From assembly GCA_950097015.1 (NCBI GenBank), contig CATNEN010000015.1, forward strand, positions 682,001-746,000: a stretch of DNA of 64,000 nt, in the 5' to 3' direction. This DNA comes from Macrostomum hystrix (lineage: Eukaryota > Animalia > Platyhelminthes). Below, piece after piece: positions 34,842 through 45,042 of the stretch. The position numbers were made by a program, and so were the translations under genes. Under the pieces are notes generated by a model, which did not search any database, was not told where the DNA came from, and was given only the letters and a program-made list of their open reading frames with translations. The stretch's first letter is position 1, and every line of letters starts with the position of its first letter.

Positions 34842-35260
34842 TCAGGCGTTGAAGTTGATGGCGTACTTCGGGTAGGCGCACTCCGCACTGCCGACTGTCC
34901 ACGGTCTGGCGCTGCTGCCATCGCCCGCACAGGGCAGCACTTTGCACAGCAGCGCCAGCCTCCCAGCCTGGCCCCGGAGCTCCGGCGTGTCGGTAAACCT
35001 CAGCTCAGCAACGGAGCCAGGAGAAAAGCCAAGCTTCATCGCCGACTCAGCCTCCAAGCTGATCGCCCAGGTGAATGCGTACAAAGGCTTGGCGGCGGCG
35101 CCGGCCTTCAATCGACAGGCGTCAAACTTGGCTAGCAGGTCGGCATTCTGGTTCACCCACACTTGCGTCACCGTGGCCTTCTGGCCTGTCAGACCTGCCA
35201 GGAACCTAGAGCTGGCGATGGACCAGTGAAGGAAGGTGGGACTGCTGGAGTCCACCTCGT
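34842..35260 (-). other. Second, degenerate PARP-fold domain at the C-terminus
   Basis: [52 protein letters not shown] aligns motif-by-motif with the first domain but lacks the H, Y and E residues. Confidence 0.7.
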
Positions 35261-38200
35261 GTCGCTGAGGCCTCTCGATGCGGGTCACACCCTCAGGCAG
35301 GCTGGTGGGTAAGGCTTTGAGCTCAGCGGAGCCGTGAACAGCATTGTAGTGCACAATGTACTTCGGGTAGGCCTGGGCCGGGTCAAACACCACGAATTCA
35401 TCGTTGAGCACGCCGTTCGTGGCGCGCGAGTTGCGCGGGGCGAACAGGGAGTCGTACTTTTCCTGCCGCATGCGCTTGAAGTTGTACGCGTTTTTGGTGG
35501 CCTGGTGCACTGTCAGGCTGCGACCTGCAAGGGGAGGACATGTTGCAGGTTAGAACCTCGGACTTAAAATCGAACTCTACGCTGGCATACACTCATGCAG
35601 GTGTGTACGTCTGCCCTGACTTTCTCATCGTCAGGCAGGGAACTACGACATTTGACTGCTGCAATTTGACTTCCACCATTTGACTGCGGAGCATTTGACT
35701 GCGGACAATTTGACTGCGGAGCATTTGACTGCGGGCAATTTGACTGCCAGCCATTTGACTGCCACAATTTGACTGCGGACAATTCCACACTTTTGGCTGC
35801 ACATTTATTGACTGCCACTTCAATTGACAGTGGAAAAATTGCATTCGACTGCGGACAAGTACATGTATAGATTTATAGATTTGGCATGTACTCATGCACT
35901 TCCTAAATTTGAAATTTGTATCCTAAATTAGACCCAGGAGCAGGATGTGAATTTGCATCCACTCCCTAGCAAAAAACCCAGTCCGGCAATTTCTAAAATT
36001 AAAAAACAGCAAAGCAAACTTCTCTGTTGCCATAAATTTAGCCTAGTTAGCCTAGGTTAGGCTAGGCCTATCATTCAAGGAAGACAGTAGCAATTCGTTC
36101 ATGCTTTTGCAACAAAGATGGTCAGACTCAGTGCAGTGGAAAATAGGGGCTATGGTGGGAGGTGGGCCCATGGTCATGTATCCAACACTGCCATCCTGAC
36201 TGTGACTCCCATCCCATTATCCCATAGCTTGCACTTTAACTGCACTGGGAGGGGAAATAAATGGATTATTACCCAGGGCAGATGAATGAAATGCGTAAGA
36301 TAATTAGATTAGTGGACAAGAGCCCGAGCTTCTGGGGGATACATTCCCAAAATCAACTAATTTCCCAAAAACATGCAAAACGCATTTCGTTTAGATGTTT
36401 ATAAATTAGTCGCAGAGCGGTTGAAACGAGGGTCACTTTAAACCCATTGCAAATTCCCATGGCTCCGTGAGGATAATTTCAATTGCAAACAATTGTCAAC
36501 AGAGGATTTTCCTTCTCTCAGAGCTCGAAATCTCAAAGATAAAAATGACTAACAAAGTGTGAGAGCAACCGTAAAATACTCATAATTGGTTGCTGAGGCA
36601 CAATTTTTCATTGACAAATTTATACTTATTTATCCGGAAATAATTATATACCTATTGCGAAGCTTTCTGGTCGTGGAGATGGAATGTTATAATGAACGAA
36701 TTTACCATTTATTCTGGTTCTGGAACTGGGGAATCAGATTGTGGCAGTCAAATGTCGGGCTCCCGTCAGGCAGTGCACACTCTCACTGTGCCTGGGAGTT
36801 TGACTCTCAAAAGTCGTAAATTGCACGATAAGCCCCCAAGCCCTCTCTCCTAGGCTGCGCCCCAAATGAATGTGGCCTCGCCGCCGAATCGAGCTTTGGT
36901 TGGAGAGTCTCGTTACCGCAATGCAATAGCAGCAAGGCTGAGCTCACCAAGCAGCACCTCGCACAGCAGCAGCATGTTGGAGCCCTTGGTGTAGATCTCT
37001 CGAGCGCTCTTGGACGAGTCAGAGGCAAAGTAGATCCCAGCGCCGTACATGCCGGCCTTCTCAGGCAGCTTGAAGCCGTTGGTGATGATGCCCTCGACGC
37101 CCTCTACTGAGGTGCCGTGGAATTTCAGCTCGCACCTGCAGAAATCAAGCTCAATTGATAGTTGGATTTCTTCGCTGTCTACTGTGAGTATCACACTGCG
37201 GTCCAGTTACCTGTCTGGCTCGTACATCATGCTGGTTCTGTAGTGCAGAAACCTCTTCCTTAGCGACGCGTTGAGCACCTTCTCAATTTTGGTGACAGTC
37301 GGATACCAGGAGTGCTCAGCCCTGATGAACTTCATCACCCGATCCTCGACGTCCAGAAACTCGGAGGCCGTGTCGCCAGTCCTTTCGAGCGGCTCCCGTT
37401 TCACGCAGCCGTCCATTCGCTGCTTGATGGCATCCAGCTCCGCCTTCGCCTCGAGTCGCGCCGCATTCTTGGCGGCTTCGCGACGTGCCTGAAGCTCCGC
37501 GGCTCGGTTAGCCTCGTCGACGCGGCACTGGGCGCAGGTCTCCGGACTGCAGGGCTGCCAGCACAGCTGCTCACACCTGTGACCGCAGCCAGGGAGGTCT
37601 CGCTCGCAGGGCTGGTAGAGTAGTCAGAGGGTTCAGCATTGAGTTGTCTGGAATGCGCTAAAATTCATTCAGACCAAAGAGCTAACCAGACTCACCTGCT
37701 TGCACTTCAGCTGGCTGACTGGCTGCCAGCACTCCTTCATATCAGGGTGACCGCATTTCTCAAAGACAAATTTAACGAGCTGCCTGCAGCGCAGCGACTC
37801 CACAGCCTCGTGACAGGCCTTGACCATTCTGTGCCCGCAGTCCGGCAAGGTCACCTCAGACCGTTCGCCGCAGCGATCGTGCGAGTGCCTCGGTTGGCAT
37901 GGCAACAAGCAGCGGTGCAGGCCGCAGTGCATCGGTGACCGGCACTCCAGGCGGCAGAAGGCGGCGCCAACGGTCGGCACCGAGGCGGCATCGACTGCAG
38001 TCAGCTGAGTTTCTGTCGGATGCATCGGACAGCGCAGCTGCAGCTCAGTGCCAACGCAGCCGGCGGTTTGCATGGAGCTGACCAGTTTGCGCCAGTGCTG
38101 CGCCTTGTGCGACAGGCAGGCCGCGTTGCCGACTAGCCAGAAGCCGCAGCGGGCGCGCGACTGGGCAACGCAGCGCCGGCTGACCTCCTTGAGGAAGCCG

Positions 38201-39670
38201 ATGTCACCATCCGAGTTGGACCGCACCAGCGACACGATGACGAAGTCGTTTTCGTCTCCCTGATAGACGTCGATGGTGTGCGCCAGGATTGGCGGCCCGC
38301 GAACGCTTGCCGAATCATCGTCGCCGGCGTCCGGAGCGGCTTCCGTAGCGTCGGTTGAGCCAGTCTTCTTGACCTTCTCCTGCCTGCCGGCCTTCCCGGC
38401 TGCAACCGGACGATGCAATTTTAGGATTTTGAAACTCGAGGATACCAAGAATGCCATAAAAGACCAACTCACCTTTGCGACACTCCTCCGGCTTGAAGTC
38501 GGGGAACAACTGCGGATGATCTGCCGCCCGCTGACGCACCAGACGGCTGATGCGGGCGGTCTGGCTGCGGTAGGCGGCCAGGATGGTGATTCGAGATGGG
38601 GCCACGCCCTGGCAAATCAGAAACAGGGCCAGGGCCACGCAGCGCTGGGCCTCCTCCTCGTTGATGTAGCTGCGATCGCCCGACTGCGGCGCCGTGTGGT
38701 CCCAGAAGAAGGCGGGCTTCACCATACAGGCGGCGGGCTGGTGGTAGCAAACAACAGCCTTGTTGTCACGCAGGTCCGGATAGATGTCGTGGAGGAACTT
38801 GGCCAGCTCGGGTCGCATGCGGTTCTGCAGCGCGAGCCGGTCATAGGCGATGCCGTTGTTCACAAGGCGCTCGAACATCGAGACGTTCAGGTCGAAGTCT
38901 CTGCCATAGACAATCAAATAACATTTAAGGTCAACTGTCAACTGTGAAGAAGGGGATCAAGATCCCGAGACTCACCTGGCCAGTTGGTGGCTCTCAGGCT
39001 GAGGTCGCAGCTGCTTGTGGTCTCCGATGAGCACAAGGTGCTGCACAGACGGGCCCAGGCAGGCCACGAGCTGCGGCTCGCCAACCTCGGCAGCCTCTTC
39101 AACCACCACCAGGCTGGGCCGCACCAGGCGCAGGATGTCGCGCTGGATGCTGGCGCCGGTGACCGTCATGCCGACGATCCGGCGGCTGCGCAGAAGGCGG
39201 GCCGTGCGGCGAAGCCGAAGCTCGCGACGCATCGCGGCAAGACTGGAGAACTCATCGATGGCTGCCTGGGGTGGGAATAGACTCAATCAGCTGTTATCCC
39301 ATCCAATCAGCTGTTATCCCATCCAATCAGCTGTTATCCCATCCAATCAGCTGTTATCCCATCCAATCAGCTGTTATCCCATCCAATCAGCTGTTATCCC
39401 ATCCAATCAGCTGTTATCCCATCCAATCAGCTGTTATCCCATCCAACCAGCTGTTATCCCCTCTAAGCTAAGAGGTTCTCACCTGCAGCTGAGGCACGCA
39501 GTCAGCGGCCGACTGCAGGAGGATGAGCTGCAGCAGCACCGCCCGCTCCTCGCTGTTCAGCGCCCACAGATCTGGCACTTTGGCCAGCTGAGCTGCCCGG
39601 GCGGCAGTGGCGGCGGAGCCTGCGCCACCACCAGTCAGCTGGTCTGGCGAGGCCAGAAACGGAGCCAGCC

Positions 39671-39708
<38 letters not shown>

Positions 39709-40034
39709 GTAAGCTGAGTGTCCCATCCGAAGCGGACAACAATGTCCTTCTCCAGGTTACCAGCGTGATCCACAAAAGCGGCCAGCCGCTCCTCCTGCTC
39801 CAGTGCCACATCAGCGTCGGCGTCAGCGTCGGCGTCAGCGTCGGCGTCAGCGTCGGCAGCGGTCGCAGCATTGCGTCGACGCGTTCGACGTTTGCGACTA
39901 GACTTTTTGGTCTGAGCAGTCTGGAGCTGTTGGGACTTGAGATTTCTGCCGCCTGCAGGCTCGAAAGCAACTTCTGGGAGCTGCTCAGCCTCCTCTTCTT
40001 CGGACAGTTCGGGCATCGGTGGCGGCGAAAGCGG

Positions 40035-40065
<31 letters not shown>

Positions 40066-43000
40066 GGCGGGCGGAAAATCTTTTCAGTCACCGAGGGGTC
40101 GGGAATCCACAGCTTCAGGGCCTGAGATTTTATATTAGGGATCCATTAGCAAATCCTTGGGATTCTCGGACACTCAATTAGCAAATCCTTGGGATTCTCG
40201 GACACTCAATTAGCAAATCCTTGGGATTCTCGGACACTCAATTAGCAAATCCTGGGGATTCTCGGACACTCAATTAGCAAATCCTTGGGATTCTCGGACA
40301 CTCAATTAACAAATCCTTGGGATTCTCGGACACTCAATTAGCAAATCCTGGGGATTCTCGGACACTCAATTAGCAAATCCTTGGGATTCTCGGACACTCA
40401 ATTAGCAAATCCTTGGGATTCTCGGACACTCAATTAGCAAATCCTTGGGATTCTCGGACACTCAATTACCAAATCCTTGGGATTCTCGGACACTCAATTA
40501 GCAAATCCTGAGAATTCTCGGACACTCAATTAGCGAATCCTTGGGATTCTTGGACACCCAATTAGGATATCCTTGGGATCATAGAACTGCATAGCGATGC
40601 ATATTCTATCCCATAATCCCAATCGCAAAGTCTCACGTCAACAAAAGCGGCAGCCAGCGGGCTCAGTCTGGTTCGAGCCTCATCGGCCAGCTGACTGATG
40701 AGGTGCGGCTTGAGCTCGCCAACCGTGTTCAGCTCGGCTTGCAGGCCCTGCTGGCGAGTCAGCAGGAAGCGGCGCAGCTGGTCCTCGTTCAGGTGCTCGG
40801 CCAGGAGCAGGGCCTGCCGGCTGAAAACCCGGTTGAAACGAGCGAACAGGTGCTGCAAATCCGCTCTGGCCCTGTCCTGCTCCTCCGACACCTGGCAAAA
40901 TGCAGGATCGGGATAAATTTGGACTATGCTCAATATCAAGTAGTCTTATCAAATCACAAAGTGTCTTCTAATCTACTCAAATTCCAACCTACCTGATTTG
41001 CTCAAATCCACACCTGTCAAATCTACTCAAATCCTGACCTGTCAAATCTACTCAAATCCTGACCTGTCAAATCTACTTCAATCCTGACCTGTCAAATCTA
41101 CTCAAATCCTGACCTGTCAAATCTACTCCAATCCTGACCTATCAAATCTACTCCAATCCTGACCTGTCAAATCTACTCCAATCCTGACCTGTCAAATCTA
41201 CTCAAATCCTCACCTGTCAAATCCACTCAAATTCTCACTTGTCAAATCTACTCCAATCCCAGCTGTCACATCTACCCAAATCCCACCTGTTAAATCTACC
41301 TAAATCCCACCTGTCAAATCTACCCAAATCGCACCTGTCGGAGCTGCTCGCCGCTGCCGCCCTCCAGCTTGGCCAGCAGGTGTCCCAGGCTGATGCTGTC
41401 CAGTTCTTTCTTGCTGCACCTGCCGCCAACCCGCAGCACCTGGTCCTCTGGGAAGTGCTTCAGTAAGTCGACCAGGAAGTCGTCCAAGGCTCGATTCTTG
41501 TAGGCCAGCACGAGAGCCGGAGGTCGGAATGTTGGCAGTGCCGTCAGCTGGCGGACGATGAGCACACCGAGGCTGCTCTTGCCAGTGCCCGGAGGTCCTT
41601 GGATGACTGCCAACCGACGATGCAGAGCGTTGCTGAAGGCTGTCTGCTGGCTTCCGTCCAGCTGGAACTGGCCTCCAATGTCCAGGGTGGGCAGCCGCGG
41701 TGGAGCCGGCCGAGTTGCGTAATACCTGGCCACATAGTCCGGTGGGTCGCGAGCTTGAGTCACGCGGGCTTTGACCAGAATGTCGGCGAAGGGCAGGCGG
41801 TCAGCATCGCAGAGCTGCAGGCCGCGCAGAACCGGCTCGCAGGCTTTGAACAGCGTTGGCGACTCGGCCATGAGCATGCCAGCCGACTGCCTTCATGGGC
41901 GGATGAGGCCGAGGAAGCTGGCTGAGACAGTTCCAGGTAGAACAGGAAACCAGCATTGCGTCAATTACCTGGCGAGCATTCGCTGGAAGGCCTCCACGTC
42001 GCTGACGGTGTTGCAGTCGTTGCAGAGCTCGATCCAGATGATTGACTCCAGCTGCAGCTGGCGCGAGTCCCTGAATGCCACGGTGGCCCACAGCAGCTGG
42101 CTGGGATCGAAGCCTCCGTCCGGGGAGACGCAGAGCAAATTGCCCGGCAACAGCTTGGAGCTGCGGTCCCACCGCTCCGCCCGGTCCCCGTTGCCCCGCT
42201 GGAAGCGCAGGCCGAGGGTCAGAGGCGAGGAGCCGCCGCCGGAGCAACTCAGGCGGACTCCGCACAGCCGGACCTCCGTGTACACCGACATTTCGCGGGG
42301 GTCAAGCACGCCGTGTTGCCAGGCACGCGTGCCCTTGACAACGCGATCGAAGCAGTCGGCGCGGAACAGCCTGAAAGGAGTGAAGGAATGAGTGAGTGAG
42401 TGAGTGAGTGAGTGAGTAAGTGAGTGAGTGAGTGAGTAAGTGAGTGAGTGAGTGAGTGAGTTAGTAAGTGAGTGAGTGAGTGAGTGAGTGAGTGAGTGAG
42501 TGAGTGAGTGAATGAGTGAGTGAGTGAGTGAATGAGTGAGTGAGTGAGTGAGGGAGTGAGGGAGTGAGTGACTGAGTGAGTGAGTGAGTGAGTGAGTAAG
42601 TGAGTGAGTGAGTGAGTGAGTGAGTGACTGAGTGACTGAGTGAGTGAGTGAGTGAGTAAGTGAGTGAGTGAGTGAGTAAGTGAGTAAGTGAGTAAGTGAG
42701 TGAGTGAGTGAGTGAGTGAGTGAGTGAGTGAGTGAGTGAGTGAGTGAGTGAGTGAGTGAGTGAGTGAGTGAGTGAGTAAGTGAGTAAGTGAGTGAGTGAG
42801 TGAGTGAGTGAGTGAGTGAGTGAGTGAGTGAGTGAGTGAGTGAGTGAGTGAGTGAGTGAGTAAGTGAGTGAGTGAGTGAGTAAGTGAGTGAGTGAGTGAG
42901 TGAGTGAGTGAGTGAGTGAGTGAGTGAGTGAGTGAGTGAGTGAGTGAGTGAGTGAGTGAGTGAGTGAGTGAGTGAGTGAGTGAGTGAGTGAGTGAGTGAG

Positions 43001-45042
43001 TGAGTGAATGAGTGAATGAGTGAGCAAGCCAAGCTGCCAACACTGACTCACCTGAAGTAGGTATTACAATAGTCCTCAACATCATCGTAGGCACCCTGCG
43101 TTCGCACCGGCAGGAGGAACTCGGCGATGACGGAGCCTCGGCTGGCGGGTGATTCCATCTCGAAGGCGGTGGGCACCACGGGGAGTCGGCGCCACGGCTG
43201 GCGCAGCTGTTCGCTGCCCTCCAGCGCGACAGAGAGCTGCAGGAGTTCCAGCAGCAGGGTCTGGCTTGTCTCTGACTTTTTATCAGCCATGCCAACCAGG
43301 GGCTCGATGAGGCGCAGCATGGCGGGCACGCTGCAATTGCGGGCATGGTCCAGGCACAGGCGCAGGTAGGAGAGCAGGAGACTGCGGTCCTTTGCGTTGC
43401 CCTCCGTGGCGCTCTTGAATAGCGGCGAGAAGAATTCTCCGGGGGCCTGCGTGCCGCCTGCCGACAGGCAGCGATCGAGGAAGTTCGGCAGCAGGCCGCG
43501 GCGCCGGAGCGGCGGGCGGCTCAGCCCGAGAGAGAGCTCGCATAGGGAGCGGGCGGCCTGCAGTGTTGGAGTGAGGGTGTAGGCAGTGAGGGTGCTGGCA
43601 GTGAGGGTGTAGGCAGTGAGGGTGCTGGCAGTGAGGGTGCTGGCAGTGAGGGTGTAGGCAGTGAGGGTGTAGGCAGTGAGGGTGTAGGCAGTGAGGGTGT
43701 AGGCAGTGAGGGTGCTGGCAGTGAGGGTGTAGGCAGTGAGGGTGTAGGCAGTGAGGGTGTAGGCAGTGAGGGTGCTGGCAGTGAGGGTGTAGGCAGTGAG
43801 GGTGCTGGCAGTGAGGGTGTAGGCAGTGAGGGTGTAGGCAGTGAGGGTGCTGGCAGTGAGGGTGCTGGCAGTGAGGGTGCTGGCAGTGAGGTTGTAGGCA
43901 GTGAGGGTGCTGGCAGTGAGGGTGTAGGCAGTGAGGGTGTAGGTAGTGAGGGTGCTGGCAGTGAGGGTGCTGGCAGTGAGGGTGTAGGCAGTGAGGGTGT
44001 AGGCAGTGAGGGTGTAGGCAGTGAGGGTGCTGGCAGTGAGGGTGTAGGCAGTAAGGGTGTAGGCAGTGAGGGTGCTGGCAGTGAGGGTGCTGGCAGTGAG
44101 GGTGTAGGCAGTGAGGGTGCTGGCAGTGAGGGTGTAGGCAGTGAGGGTGTAGGCAGTGAGGGTGCTGGCAGTGAGGGTGCTGGCAGTGAGGGTGTAGGCA
44201 GTGAGGGTGTAGGTAGTGAGGGTGTAGGCAGTGAGGGTGCTGGCAGTGAGGGTGTAGGCAGTGAGGGTGCTGGCAGTGAGGGTGCTGGCAGTGAGGGTGC
44301 TGGCAGTGAGGGTGCTGGCAGTGAGGGTGCTGGCAGTGAGGGTGTAGGCAGTGAGGGTGCTGGCAGTGAGGGTGTAGGCAGTGAGGGTGTAGGCAGTGAG
44401 GGTGCTGGCAGTGAGGGTGCTGGCAGTGAGGGTGCTGGCAGTGAGGGTGTAGGCAGTGAGGGTATTACAGGCGTGTTGACACGAGTGTTAAAGTACATTT
44501 TATTTACCCACCTCCAAGTCCACCTCGCGCTCGGTGAGTGCCCGCCAAATAATCTGGCAGCGCATGGCTGCTACCAGAGCTTCCTCAGCTCTGTCGCCTT
44601 CATTTGAATCGCTGTACTCGGTGTCACCTTCAGCGCCCTCGTCAGCTGCCACCTTTAGCAGCTGCAGGCAGTGGTTCAGGGCGTCCTGCCACTCAGCTGG
44701 TGAGCGTCGGCTGAGTTGAACCAGAGTCGGCTTGACGGCAGAGGGCTTGCCATCGCCATCGGGCTTTTTGCCGCCCTCACGAGGCAGGAAGGCCAGGCGG
44801 TCCTCAAGCTTGGGGCCCAGAATCTGGCCATAGCCTGACACATTGTCAAAGTGGAAGTGGTAGTCGCGCAACTCCTGGTCAGATTTGGTATTTGGTGCGG
44901 AATTCTCATTGCTGCGAGCAACTCCATGCGATTGGTGGCGCCAATGGACTCCGATGAAGCCGAATCTCTTATTAGGAAACAGGCGCACAATCCAACCTGT
45001 GACTGTGTTGCCACCAAGGCTTATATTCTCTTCTGATTCCAT
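34842..45042 (-). CDS. ZNFX1: ZNFX1-like SF1 helicase fused to PARP domains, 12 exons, ~1860 aa: CSD-like - ZNFX1 N-region - UPF1-like helicase - NFX1 Zn fingers - coiled coil - PARP catalytic (H-Y-E) - degenerate PARP fold
   Basis: Hand-spliced exons: 45042-44512, 43557-43052, 42370-41969, 41890-41335, 40891-40637, 40121-39483, 39265-38976, 38900-38473, 38399-37696, 37611-37211, 37135-36948, 35524-34842. All introns are GT..AG with matching phases; total 5583 nt. ZNFX1 motifs: W..LPVVPT..E...G.Y...[103 protein letters not shown] zinc fingers. Confidence 0.88.
35330..37400 (-). other. PARP-type ADP-ribosyltransferase catalytic domain (exons 10-12 of the ZNFX1-like gene)
   Basis: [16 protein letters not shown]...ELKFHGT (H 37117-37119), [16 protein letters not shown] (Y 37030-37032), LLLCEVLLG|[22 protein letters not shown] (E 35397-35399). 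Confidence 0.9.
35655..35830. repeat. Degenerate ~20-bp repeat with atttgactgc core (intron 11)
   Basis: About 9 recurrences of (c/a)atttgactgc. Confidence 0.8.
39285..39460. repeat. 20-bp minisatellite (intron 6)
   Basis: atccaatcagctgttatccc, ~8-9 copies. Confidence 0.95.
40140..40575. repeat. 32-bp minisatellite (intron 5)
   Basis: aattagcaaatccttgggattctcggacactc, ~13 copies. Confidence 0.95.
40975..41339. repeat. 25-bp minisatellite (intron 4) whose unit includes the exon 4 splice donor
   Basis: aaatctactcaaatcctgacctgtc variants, ~14 copies. The minus-strand unit reads GACAG|GTNNGATTTGAGTAGATTT. Confidence 0.9.
42388..43025. repeat. (GAGT)n microsatellite filling intron 2
   Basis: ~160 units with scattered gtaa/gtga variants. 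Confidence 0.97.
43561..44465. repeat. 15-bp minisatellite filling intron 1 (two interspersed variants)
   Basis: gcagtgagggtgtag / gcagtgagggtgctg, ~60 units. Confidence 0.97.

Noticed and set aside
37820-39286. Plus-strand ORFs antisense to the helicase exons (e.g. 38273-38947, 39015-40181)
   Set aside because: Shadow ORFs of GC-rich coding sequence. All conserved motifs are on the minus strand.
40140-40575. 32-bp partly palindromic repeat (aatccttgggatt) as CRISPR
   Set aside because: Head-to-tail with no spacers; lies inside a GT-AG intron.
41965-43346. Long (HSLT)n ORFs
   Set aside because: Translation of the (GAGT)n intron. Only the flanking exon portions are coding.
43521-44498. 325-aa (PSLPA/T)n proline-rich ORF
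   Set aside because: Spans intron 1. A phase-0 donor (44511) and acceptor (43558) join exons 1 and 2 without it, and its tail reads out of frame with exon 2.
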